A DNA stretch of 62,411 bases, filler included. It is 10 parts of 10 records of this genome, joined end to end, with 100 filler letters (N's around TTAATTAATTAA, not from the genome) between each part and the next. Parts side by side here need not be neighbours in the genome. Positions count along the whole stretch, not along the records: positions 36,964 to 44,013 come from SRR31147125_72243; positions 44,114 to 51,086 come from SRR31147125_72318; positions 51,187 to 57,036 come from SRR31147125_72361; 7 more parts are not named here. The stretch is one strand, 5' to 3'. Position numbers and translations under genes: made by a program. The notes beneath the pieces are model-generated. The model did not search any database. It was given only the letters and a program-made list of their open reading frames with translations, and had not been told where the DNA came from. This document shows positions 41,173 to 51,577 of the stretch, piece after piece (the stretch's first letter is position 1; every line of letters begins with the position of its first letter).

Positions 41173-41875
41173 TTGAAACAAAGCATTAAAACAGCGGCTC
41201 TCATCGTTGCAGCCGGAAGCGGGAGCCGAATTGGTGGGAATATCCGGAAACAGTTTTTAGAGATTCAGGGTAAGCCGATTTTGCGGCATACGTTGGATCG
41301 GTTTCAGGCATGTGAGGAGGTTGATGATATTATTGTCGTCTTACCTGCTACAGGCTTTAATACATTAAAAGAGATAGTCCAAAAGGAATGGTGTCACAAC
41401 AAAGTTCGACAAATTGTTCCGGGCGGACATGAAAGATATGAATCTGTATGGGCAGGACTTGTTGCTATTGAAGATAGCGTTGATGTTGTGCTCATACATG
41501 ATGGCGTCCGACCTTTTATATCGGATCAATTGATACGGCACTCCATACAGGCAGCAGTAGCCTATGGTGCGGTTGTGCCAGGAGTGATGCCCAAAGATAC
41601 TATCAGACAGATAGGGGATTCGCTCATTAAAAAAATCTGGACCGTCAATCCCTGATAATGGTTCAAACACCGCAAAGTTTTAAACTCGATATTATTATCA
41701 AAGCTTATAAAGAAGCATTTGAAAACAATAAATTCGATACAGACGATGCAGGATTAGTAAGGCAATCTGGTATGGATGTAAGGGTTATCAGGGTGATTAT
41801 AAAAATATAAAGATTACCACCCCGGAAGATATTGTGTTTGCGGAGGCTATTTTCAGACAGGAGTCTGAGAAATGA
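41173..41875 (+). CDS. ispD: MEP cytidylyltransferase (two apparent frameshifts, near 41630 and 41790)
   Basis: AAGSGSR, KQFL, IHDGVRP; VQTPQSF, TDDA and NIKITTPED in downstream frames. Confidence 0.9.
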
Positions 41876-42348
41876 GAATTGGTCACGGATTTGATGTTCA
41901 CAGAATGGTGAGTGAGAGGCCTCTCATACTAGGTGGTGTACACGTGCCATATGGTTATGGTTTGTTGGGTCATTCCGACGCTGATGTTTTATGTCATGCG
42001 ATTAGTGACGCGCTTCTGGGTGCTGCAGCTATGGGAGATATTGGGCAACATTTTCCGGATTCGGATAATAAATATAAAAATATTTCCAGTATCGTGCTTT
42101 TGAGTAAAGTTGTATCACTACTTGCTGCAAAATCCTATGGCATCGAAAATATTGACTCAACTTTGATATTGCAGAAACCGAAAGTAGCCCCATATATACC
42201 TGAGATGAGGAAAAATATCGCTTCAGCTGCAGGGTTAGCGATCGAGTCTGTATCTGTAAAAGCGACAACTACAGAAGAGTTGGGCTATACCGGTAGAGGC
42301 GAAGGTGTGGCAGCCCACGCTGTTGTCTTTATAAGGCAGGAAAGGTAA
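41872..42348 (+). CDS. ispF: MEcPP synthase
   Basis: MRIGHGFDVH, HSDADV, GDIGQHFPD, KATTTE. Confidence 0.97.
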   Translation: MRIGHGFDVHRMVSERPLILGGVHVPYGYGLLGHSDADVLCHAISDALLGAAAMGDIGQHFPDSDNKYKNISSIVLLSKVVSLLAAKSYGIENIDSTLILQKPKVAPYIPEMRKNIASAAGLAIESVSVKATTTEELGYTGRGEGVAAHAVVFIRQER

Positions 42349-42356
42349 TTGTCCAG

Positions 42357-43789
42357 ATGGGTTTAAAAGTATACAATAGTCTGTCCCGAAATAAAGAAGA
42401 CTTTGTGCCACTTGAAAAAGGCAAAGTCAAAATATATGTTTGTGGACCGACTGTTTATGATTATCCACATATTGGTCACGCAAAGAGCTATATTGCTTTT
42501 GATATTGTCGTGAGGTATTTGCGCTACAGTGGATATAATGTGAGATATGTACAAAATATTACAGATGTTGGCCATCTTTTGGACTCTGGTGAAGACAGGA
42601 TCTTAAAGGGGGCAAGCCGCGAACGTGTGGAACCTATGGAGCTGGTTGAGCGTTATACACGAGCCTATTTTGATGCTATGGACGCTCTTAATGTTTTACG
42701 TCCGGATATTTCACCCCATGCAGCTGCTCATATTCCTGAACAGATAGAGTTTGTAGAAAATTTGATTGAACAGGGTTACGGGTATCACGTCAACGGTTCT
42801 GTTTATTTTGATGTCACTAAATGGAAACAATATGGCAAGCTGTCCGGGCGAAAGGTAGAAGACCAGCAGGCTGGTGCCAGGATTGATATAAATGAAGAAA
42901 AAAACACGCTGCTGATTTCGCGTTATGGAAAAAAGCAGAAACAGATCATTTAATGCAGTGGAATAGTCCCTGGGGACGTGGTTACCCCGGATGGCATATT
43001 GAGTGCTCTGCTATGTCTATGAAATATTTGGGCGAGACTTTTGATATTCACGGTGGAGGAATGGAAAATCAATTTCCTCACCATGAATGCGAAATTGCTC
43101 AAAGTGAGGCAAAAACAGGGAAACCATTTGCCCGTTATTGGTTACATAATAATATGGTACTGGTTGATGGTGTTAAAATGAGTAAATCGCTGGGGAATTT
43201 TACAACAATTTCTCAAGCGATGGAAAAGTTTTCCGGTGAACAGATAAGGTTTTTTATTCTTCAAACCCATTACAGGTCTCCTGTAGATTTTAGCGATAGC
43301 GCCGTTGAGGCAGCCGGCCAGGGCCTTGACAGACTTTTAACCAGTTATCGCAAGTTAGAGCTGGCTGTCGATCAGGTTGATGATGGCGAGATTGATGCAC
43401 AATGCGTGAACCTGGCAAAGCAAATTAAATCAAAATTTGAAGCCGAAATGAATGATGATTTTAATTCGCCTGCTGCCATAGGACATCTTTTTGATTTTGT
43501 ACGAGAATTGAATAAATATTTTACTGAAGAAACAATCAAAACTCGACAGTCTTTGAATCTGCTGAAATCGACGTTTAAAGGATTTCTGGATGATGTTCTG
43601 GGATTGTTGCCGAAAAAAAAGAGCGAAGAAGTATCTGTAACCTCTATAATTAACATGCTGATATCGGTGCGTAACGATCTTCGGGCTGCAAAGCAATGGA
43701 GCCTGGCGGATAAAATCCGCGATGAATTACTCAACCAGGGTATCGTGCTGGAAGATAAAAAAGCCGAAACAAAATGGAGAATTCAGTAA
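42357..43789 (+). CDS. cysS: Cysteine-tRNA ligase (frameshift in the A-run at about 42898-42904)
   Basis: CGPTVYD..HIGH, GYPGWHIECS, KMSKS; DFALWK lies in the shifted frame at the junction. Confidence 0.95.
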
Positions 43790-43877
43790 TTTTTTTAAAA
43801 AAGTAAAAATATACTTGATTTTTAATTAGAAATTCTTATATTTAAAGGCTTTCTTGTAAATGACAAAATAGTCAAAA

Positions 43878-43953
43878 GCCACCATAGCTCAGCAGGTAGA
43901 GCGCCTCACTTGTAATGAGGATGTCGCGGGTTCGATTCCTGCTGGTGGCTCCA
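43878..43953 (+). tRNA. tRNA-Thr(TGT)
   Basis: 76-nt cloverleaf, anticodon loop CTTGTAA, GGTTCGATTCC T-arm, encoded CCA. Confidence 0.96.
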
Positions 43954-43967
43954 TGTTGTTGGAATAA

Positions 43968-44013
43968 GGGGAGGTGCCCGAGCGGCCAAAGGAGCAGACT
44001 GTAAATCTGCCGG
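43968..44013 (+). tRNA. tRNA-Tyr(GTA), 3'-truncated
   Basis: GGGGAGGTGCCCGAGCGGCCAAAGG..GCAGA-CTGTAAA-TCTGC; Thr-Tyr order as in the tufB tRNA cluster. Confidence 0.9.
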
Positions 44014-44113
44014 NNNNNNNNNNNNNNNNNNNNNNNNNNNNNNNNNNNNNNNNNNNNTTAATTAATTAANNNNNNNNNNNNNNNNNNNNNNNNNNNNNNN
44101 NNNNNNNNNNNNN

Positions 44114-44614
44114 GGTAGTATTGAGAAGTGGGTTGACCTTGATCTGATAGATGAAACGGCCGCCATCCTAAGTGACTGGCAGTTTGATATTTTTGGCCCT
44201 TTGAGCCGTCCCTGGTCAATACGGTCGACCAATGTCAAACGACGATCGCCCCTTTCACGGTCGCAAGTCATGGCCACACTCTCACAATATCAGGTGGGAT
44301 TAATCCCCTTTCGCGACATATCCGATCGTCTTACATACGTTGAAAAACCACTTAAATTTCTTGAGTATATATGCGCTGGATTGGGTGTAGCGTGTACGGA
44401 TGTCGGCTCCTTGAAAAAGGGAATCGGGAAATGGGCGACATACGGGAATTCACCGGAAGCGTTTGCCCGTGCGATTCAGACGGAGGCAGATCGGGCATCT
44501 ACAAGATCGAGAAAGAAATCCCTTGAACTGGTCGAGCCTTACACTTGGAATAAGATAATTGGAACCATCGATTCCCGCCTCAATAATTTGTCAACATCTT
44601 CCATTGACGTTTAA
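44114..44614 (+). CDS. Glycosyltransferase (GT4-like), C-terminal fragment
   Basis: GSIEKWVD, VGLIPF, PLKFLEYICAG, YTW. Confidence 0.8.
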   Translation, partial: GSIEKWVDLDLIDETAAILSDWQFDIFGPLSRPWSIRSTNVKRRSPLSRSQVMATLSQYQVGLIPFRDISDRLTYVEKPLKFLEYICAGLGVACTDVGSLKKGIGKWATYGNSPEAFARAIQTEADRASTRSRKKSLELVEPYTWNKIIGTIDSRLNNLSTSSIDV

Positions 44615-44652
44615 CCCGCCACACGCAGTATTAAACCAGGTTTCAACAAAAC

Positions 44653-45731
44653 ATGAAAATGGTCATGCTTCACGATTATTTCAGGGTGATGGAAGGCGGG
44701 GGCGACTCAGCCTAATACTGGCCCAGCAACTTAAAGCCGATCTGGGGTATGGTTTTAAAGCCCGTTGCCACCCTTATTTTGATGTTTACAAATTATCCGG
44801 AAGGGAATTCGACTTAGGCATTTGGGGGCGGGTGGGTGGATGGCGCAATATTGGTCTCATTCGTGGATTTACCCACAAAACGGACTTTTTAAAAAACTAC
44901 CGGGTGGCCATTTATAGTGGGTTTTATGCGCCTCTGGCGGTAAACAGGCATCCCGCAGATAATAATATATATTACTGTCATACTCCTCCACGGTATATCT
45001 ACGATCAGCGGGATTATTATTATACACGCTATCCGGTTCTGCTACGCCCGATTATTGATTCATTGATAAAATATCATCAACCACGATTTGAAGCCGCCGT
45101 CAACAAAATGGATCGCGTCGTCACCAATTCCTTCAATGTAAAAAAAAGGATCAAACGTTTTCTAAACATTGATGCCGACGTAATCTACCCACCTTGTGAA
45201 ACGAGTAAGTTCCACTGGATCGGTCAAAAAGGATTCTATCTGTCAACGGCCAGGCTTGATCCTCTCAAGCGTGTTAACATCGTTATCGAAGCCTTTAAAA
45301 AGATGCCAGATCAACGATTAATTGTTGTGTCCGATGGACCGGAAAAAAAGGCAATCAGAAAAAGCGCCTCAGAGCATGATAACATCATTGTGCTCGGCAA
45401 CGTATCGGATGATGTCTTCAGGAACCTGATGGGAAATTGCATTGCAACCATTTACATACCCAAAGATGAGGATTTTGGTATGTCTCCCGTTGAATCCATG
45501 GCTGCCGGGAAACCGGTCATCGGGGTCAATGAAGGAGGGCTCACAGAGTCCATCGAGCATGATGAAACCGGAATTCTGATTAATTCGGATCCAACGGCCA
45601 GGGGCGTCATCAACGCTGTCAGGCAGCTTGGCCCAAAAAAAGCCAGAAAGATGATGCATTCGTGTCGAGAACGCGCAAAAATGTTTGATGTTAATGTTTT
45701 TGTGTCGAAAATGAATGACTTATTTAATTGA
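44653..45731 (+). CDS. GT4 glycosyltransferase (WbaZ-like), frameshift in the G-run near 44700
   Basis: MKMVMLHDYF..GGG start; YCHTPPRY, VIYPP, EDFGMSPVESMAAGKPVI. Confidence 0.88.
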
Positions 45732-46870
45732 GAAGAGATAATTTGAAAATCTTACAAGTTTACAAGGATTTTTATCCTCCTGTCAAAGGAGGGATAGAAA
45801 GCCACATTAATATTTTATCCACCGGCCTGAAGAATAGGGGCGTTGACGTTCAAGTTCTTGTATCCAATACAGGGAACAAATTTGAAACGGAGACATTCAA
45901 CGGCATCCCCGTTGCCAAGGTGCCTCAGTGGGGCCGTTTTTACTCTGCGCCTTTGACGCCAACCTTTTCGTGCTACTTACGACGGTTTGGCGAAAGTGCT
46001 GATATTATCCATTTTCATCATCCCAATCCAACCGCTGAGTTCTCATATTTCTTCTCTGGCCTCAAGAAAAAACTCATTGTCACTTATCACAGCGATATTA
46101 TTCGGCAAGATAAGCTGGGTAAGTTATATTCACCGTTCAGAAAGCATTTTTTAAAAACAGCCCACAAGATTATTGCGACATCGCCCAATTATATTCATAG
46201 TTCAGAAGTTCTAAAACAGTTTAAAGAGAAATGCACCGTTATACCATTGGGAATCGACATCGATCGTTTTTCCTCAAATAAAGACCGCCCAAGAGTAGCG
46301 AAGATAAAGAGACAGAACGCTGGCAAGCCGATCATTCTATTCGTCGGCTGTTTTCGTTACTATAAAGGCCTTCATATTTTAATTTCGGCAATGAAAACAA
46401 TTGATGCCAGACTTCTTCTAATTGGCAGTGGGCCGGAAAATTCGAAAATTCGTAGTTTGGTAGAAAGAAACCGCCTGAATGATAAAATCATTTTTCTCGG
46501 TGAGTTGCCTGATGAAGAGGTCAACGCTTATTACAAGGCTTGCGACATTTTTGTGCTCCCGTCCCATTTAAGAAGTGAAGCATTCGGCCTGGTGCAGCTT
46601 GAAGCCATGTGTTGCCGTAAGCCGGTCATCAGCACTGAAATAGGGACCGGAACCAGTTTCGTCAACATTAATCAGATAACCGGGATAACGGTAGCCCCCA
46701 ACGATGTTGATTCGTTATCCAAAGCCATAAAACATCTTATTCATCACCCGGAGACAAGAACCCAATTTGGTGCATCTGGATATAGACGGGTTTCGCAACA
46801 CTTCACTAAGGATAATATGGTTGAAGCCATATTGAAGCTATATATGGAGGTTCGTAGAGATAGCCTTTAG
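45728..46870 (+). CDS. GT4 glycosyltransferase
   Basis: YPPVKGGIE, TYHSDI, YYKG, RSEAFGLVQLEAM. Confidence 0.92.
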   Translation: MRRDNLKILQVYKDFYPPVKGGIESHINILSTGLKNRGVDVQVLVSNTGNKFETETFNGIPVAKVPQWGRFYSAPLTPTFSCYLRRFGESADIIHFHHPNPTAEFSYFFSGLKKKLIVTYHSDIIRQDKLGKLYSPFRKHFLKTAHKIIATSPNYIHSSEVLKQFKEKCTVIPLGIDIDRFSSNKDRPRVAKIKRQNAGKPIILFVGCFRYYKGLHILISAMKTIDARLLLIGSGPENSKIRSLVERNRLNDKIIFLGELPDEEVNAYYKACDIFVLPSHLRSEAFGLVQLEAMCCRKPVISTEIGTGTSFVNINQITGITVAPNDVDSLSKAIKHLIHHPETRTQFGASGYRRVSQHFTKDNMVEAILKLYMEVRRDSL

Positions 46871-46996
46871 GTGTACTGAGGCGCTCCGCAAGATTATAAA
46901 CAGCGAGGAACCTTTTTATGTTTTTTCAGAAATTGTTTATTTATTATTTGCTGAGATCCTGAATAATTTAGTATCAATGATAATTTTGAGAAAATA

Positions 46997-48159
46997 GTGA
47001 AAACAATGCTAAGCAAAAAGACGTCAGTGTTGCATCTTATTACAAGGTTGATTGTCGGCGGTGCCCAAGAAAATACGCTTTATACTGCTGAGTTGATAGA
47101 TGACAAAGACTATGTGATGACTGTAATATCCGGTGCGCAAACCGGTCCCGAAGGAAGTCTGATCCAAAATGCAGCTCATCGTGGCATAAAGCTATTAATA
47201 TTGAATAGCCTAATCAGGGAACTTGACCCAATTAAAGATATTATCGCTTTCATCAAAATCACCAAATACATGATGAAAAAACAGTTTGATATCGTTCATA
47301 CCCACAGCTCCAAAGCAGGTATTCTGGGGCGCTGGGCCGCATGGATTGCCGGTGTGCCAACAATTATCCATACGGTCCATGGCTGGGGATTCCACGATTT
47401 TCAGCACCCGGTCGCTCGCCATTTTTTTGTTTTGGCAGAAAAAATAACGCTTCGAATTACCGATAAATTAATAGCCGTTACAGTAAAGGATATTGAAAAA
47501 GGGGTTCGCGAAGGGATCGGTGATAGAGATGCGTATACCCTGATTCGAAGTGGCATCGACATGCAACGGTTTACAACTGTCAACCAGAGCAGGGACAGGA
47601 TTCGAACCGAATTGGGCATTCCTTTGAAAGCCAGCGTCATTGGAACCGTCACCCGTTTGTCACCCCAGAAGGCGCCTCAGGTATTCATCGATATGGCTGA
47701 ATTGGTTTTAAAAAGCTTCCGGACACTTTTTTTGTTGTCGTTGGCGACGGTCCCTTACGGGCACAACTTGAGAAACAAACCAAAGCGAAAAAGATCGCGT
47801 CTCAATTTATCTTTACCGGTATCAGACACGATGTCCATGATGTACTGCATGCCTTCGATATCTTTATGCTGACATCGCTATGGGAAGGATTGCCTCGAGT
47901 GATTCCCCAGGCGATGGCTTCCGGTGTTCCCGTCATTGCCAGCCATGTTGACGGCAATGCGGAAATCATAAAAAATAATGAAAACGGCGTTCTGGCCATC
48001 CCTGGAGATGCCAGCCAATTTGCGGAGTCGGCGATTTATTTGATGAACAACGCCGACAAGGCCATGCAAATACGCAATAATGCAATCACGCTTGTTGATG
48101 AATATAGTGTCCACACGATGGTGGAAAAGATCGATCGTCTCTATGGAAATATCCATTAA
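46997..48159 (+). CDS. GT4 glycosyltransferase, frameshift in the T-run near 47727
   Basis: ITRLIVGGAQEN, HTHSSKAG; second ORF has SLWEGLPRV..AMASG. Confidence 0.9.
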
Positions 48160-48225
48160 GGTGTTGATATTCTAAAAATAATACAAAAAGCGGCTTGGTA
48201 CCCGATAAAGACCTGCCACCCGCTA

Positions 48226-48938
48226 ATGCGACGTATCCCTTTCGACCTTCGCAGGCATGCATGGTCCAGGATCGCGGTCTCTTTGGAAAAAAAAATCATT
48301 TACATTAGAATCCCCAAAGCCGCCAATTCTACCATCGTAAAAACGTTGGCTGTGCACATTTTTCCGCAAAGCAAGGAGCAATTTATAGCTGACGATACCG
48401 GCGCGCTATCAAAAAAAGTTTCGGCAGCCTGCTTAGCACAAAACGTTTATCTCAAGAAAATCTCTTGAAAACATACTATGTTTTCAGTTTTTTCAGAGAT
48501 CCGTATACAAGGATTCTATCGACCTATTTAGATAAACTTCAGTCTGACTTCAGTTACCGGAAGTTCCAGTGGGTTGCTGATGTGATGAAGGTTAAATCAA
48601 CAAAAGACATGACATTCTCAGATTTTATAAGTTTTCTTGAGGGAGGCAGGCTTCACAAAAACGCCCATTGGGCACCGCAGGTCAAGTTATGTCCATTTCC
48701 TGTTGAACGGCTTGACTTCGCAGGAAAAATTGAAAATCTCGAGTCGGACTTGACAGTTGTCATGGAAAGGCTCTTCGGTCCTAACCATTTCAAAGGCATC
48801 GTTAAGAGGCAGCATAACAGACAACACGCGGTCAAGAAAATGGATTTGTTCTATACAGAAGATCTGATGCGGCGTGTTTATTTTCTATATCAAGAAGATT
48901 TCAAGATTCTTGGGTATCCAAGAGATATTTCCGTGTAG
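48226..48938 (+). CDS. Sulfotransferase (Sulfotransfer_2/HNK-1ST-like), frameshift near 48415
   Basis: IPKAANST 5'-PSB, FFRDPYTRILSTY 3'-PB, HWAPQ, YQEDF..LGY. Confidence 0.85.
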
Positions 48939-48954
48939 GGCGAGATGGCATCGG

Positions 48955-50109
48955 TCACTTTGTTTTGGATGAGAGCATGGTTTGACAGCAGCGCGCGACG
49001 ATGTCTGAAATATGTTGATAGGAGCGGATTCGACGAACATAATCGCGTCCTCTATCACCCATTGTTTTTCGGATCGGGCAGTGGTGAAAAGCGATCATCT
49101 TGCTTGCGATATCCTTTGCCGAGAATTCACAGAAAAAACCACCGCCGCTTTTTTTAACGATCTGAACCTGGTCCGGTATATTCGTTGCTAACACCGGGAT
49201 GCCGCTGTTTAAATACTCCACCGTCTTTGTCGGCGACATACAACGGTTTACCTCGTTCACCGGCGTGGTGGCAAGTCCGACGTCACATGCGGCAAGGTAA
49301 TTGGGGACATGCTTGCGCGGTACCCTTTCGATGAAGTGAATATTTCCGTTCCCGCTATTCATGGCTTTTCGCTGCAATTGAACAACATCTTGACGGTTCG
49401 GTGCATCTCCTAAAAAAAGAAGCGCCAGGGCGCCGCCTGTTGATTGAAAGGCTTTCTTAAAGGCGTCCAGAACGATTTCCAACCGGCGGGACGATGCCAG
49501 CGTGCCAATGTAAATGAAAGCGGTCTTTCCGGATAATTCATATTTATCCCTTATCGAATCGACCCTCGCCTGCTCGACACGGATTTGACCAACCCCCAGC
49601 GGTACGACCGCACAAGCGTTGATAGCGTAATTACTGGTGAGGAACTTTTTCATCATGGCACTGATTGCAAAGACGAATCTGGCTCTGGGAAGGTAAAATT
49701 TCCTTAACAGAAGGTCGGACGTGCCTTTGAGAAAATTCGAAAAACGCGCCATCGGTTCCGTCAGAAATTGCTCGGCTTTAAGATGCGACAACTGAAAAAT
49801 GAGTTTCTCCGGTGGTGCAAGCATGGCAAAGATGGGGTCGTTTCTCACCTGGATGATATCGTAATCCCCTTTCATCAATTTGCGAACCCGCTTAAGCGTC
49901 AACAAATCGGACATGTATTTTCTTTTTGACGGCAGCAGGACCAGACGTGCCTGATTCCAACGGCATGTTACGATGCCTGTCGACGTTTTGGATCTTGCCA
50001 CAATCGTAACCGCATATCCCCGTTGAGGAAGGATTCTTGAATACACCTCCTCGATAAATGCATGGTCGGTGGGGAAATAGCGGTCAATGAAAAAAAGTAC
50101 TCGAACCAT
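48955..50109 (-). CDS. GT4 glycosyltransferase
   Basis: YIGTL..SR, SPTKTVEYLNSGIPV, RSY. Confidence 0.85.
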   Translation of the reverse strand: MVRVLFFIDRYFPTDHAFIEEVYSRILPQRGYAVTIVARSKTSTGIVTCRWNQARLVLLPSKRKYMSDLLTLKRVRKLMKGDYDIIQVRNDPIFAMLAPPEKLIFQLSHLKAEQFLTEPMARFSNFLKGTSDLLLRKFYLPRARFVFAISAMMKKFLTSNYAINACAVVPLGVGQIRVEQARVDSIRDKYELSGKTAFIYIGTLASSRRLEIVLDAFKKAFQSTGGALALLFLGDAPNRQDVVQLQRKAMNSGNGNIHFIERVPRKHVPNYLAACDVGLATTPVNEVNRCMSPTKTVEYLNSGIPVLATNIPDQVQIVKKSGGGFFCEFSAKDIASKMIAFHHCPIRKTMGDRGRDYVRRIRSYQHISDIVARCCQTMLSSKTK

Positions 50110-50111
50110 TT

Positions 50112-51062
50112 TTACCTTGATCGCCTATAGTGGTGTTTCAGTTTATTGATCAGATAACCGCCAAAAAAGTCAGACAACTCGGCTTTTAATCGTGCCAACA
50201 CGTCCGGATAGGCGGCTTTGCCGTTGTAGCGTCTGTCATATCCCAGATATTGGAGCATATCGGCCGTAACCCCCTCGAACTCTCTTATTTGACGCGGGCT
50301 TAATTTCCGCTTCCATTTTTCCGCGACAGCCGCATCGGGAGGGGTGCTGACAAGGCGGTGTTGTTTTTTCGTGTATGCCGGCGGAGAGAAACCGGCGCCG
50401 TTGATCATGCGTCTTTCAAACGGGATATCGATAAACTCACATATGGATTGCATGCTACTGACAGGGTCTGAAACCAACGCTTCGTAAGCGATGCGCAGAA
50501 TGCGCGCCGGGCCAAGGAATTGCTCCGCAGCCAAGCCGAAGGCGATGCTCTCAAGCCAGAAACGGGCCGCTCCGATAGCGGTATTTGGCCCCCAGTCCAG
50601 TCGTCTGAGTGATGCGGCCACGGCCCTGCCGTCACGCACGATGTGAATCATTTTAAGATTCGGAAACAGTGATGCCAGAAGATGTGCGTGGCGAATGTTT
50701 GACGGGGTATGATCCACCCAGAACAAACCAGTCGGCGCTTCTTTGCCGTGCTTTTGACAATATGCCTCGACGAGCGCTAAAATGAGCCGCGGGTACGACG
50801 ATTGGGCACGGTCGATTATTGCCTGCCTGTCTTTAAGTGGCAACGACCAATGGCGAAAGCGATGGTGACGGATAATCTTTTCAAGCGCCGGAATAATTTC
50901 GTCGGCCGGATGGTTTAACGTAAAATACACCTCGGTTTTAAAATGTGACTCAGGGGTGGCCACCATTTCACTGTGAGCGCCAAGCATCGCACCCAGCAAT
51001 GTGGTGCCGCTTCTCGAACAGCCCCCAATAAAAACGGGTTTTATATCCATGCCCTGAATCAT
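50112..51062 (-). CDS. Sulfotransferase (Sulfotransfer_3 / P-loop type)
   Basis: GCSRSGTTLL, HIVRDGRAVAAS, YEALVSDP. Confidence 0.9.
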   Translation of the reverse strand: MIQGMDIKPVFIGGCSRSGTTLLGAMLGAHSEMVATPESHFKTEVYFTLNHPADEIIPALEKIIRHHRFRHWSLPLKDRQAIIDRAQSSYPRLILALVEAYCQKHGKEAPTGLFWVDHTPSNIRHAHLLASLFPNLKMIHIVRDGRAVAASLRRLDWGPNTAIGAARFWLESIAFGLAAEQFLGPARILRIAYEALVSDPVSSMQSICEFIDIPFERRMINGAGFSPPAYTKKQHRLVSTPPDAAVAEKWKRKLSPRQIREFEGVTADMLQYLGYDRRYNGKAAYPDVLARLKAELSDFFGGYLINKLKHHYRRSR

Positions 51063-51186
51063 GTGTATCCCCCAGCTGGATTTTTTNNNNNNNNNNNNNN
51101 NNNNNNNNNNNNNNNNNNNNNNNNNNNNNNTTAATTAATTAANNNNNNNNNNNNNNNNNNNNNNNNNNNNNNNNNNNNNNNNNNNN

Positions 51187-51499
51187 GGCCAAATATGTGG
51201 ATGCCTTTACCTGGCAAAAGGGATCTGTGGGATTCCATATCGCCAGTTCCGAATGCACCACCCTGCGGGGGGAGAATAGCCGGGTATGGTGCAAAAAAAT
51301 GCTGGATAAGGGGATTGCTGCTACGGTTGGCCCGGTGGGGGAGCCCTATGTCCAGTCTTTTCCCATGCCCGAGGTCTTTTTTGATTTTCTGGCCCAAGGG
51401 CATTTAACCCTGGCTGAAGCCTATCTGGTCAGCCTGCCGTATCTATCATGGAAAATGGTTCTGGTGGGCGATCCCCTGTATCGTGTGAATTTGAAATAG
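51187..51499 (+). CDS. TIGR03790-like protein, C-terminal fragment
   Basis: GSVGFHIAS, GPVGEPY, SWKMVLVGDPLYR; PEP-CTERM locus context. Confidence 0.7.
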
Positions 51500-51577
51500 G
51501 CATTATTGATTTTTTATCGGCGAATTGTATAATTTTATTATCAAAACCCACGGGAGTTATTGAAAGGAAAAAATACT

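Noticed and set aside
42890-42960. Programmed frameshift or split cysS
   Set aside because: A single-base loss in an A-run within an error-rich contig is the simpler explanation.
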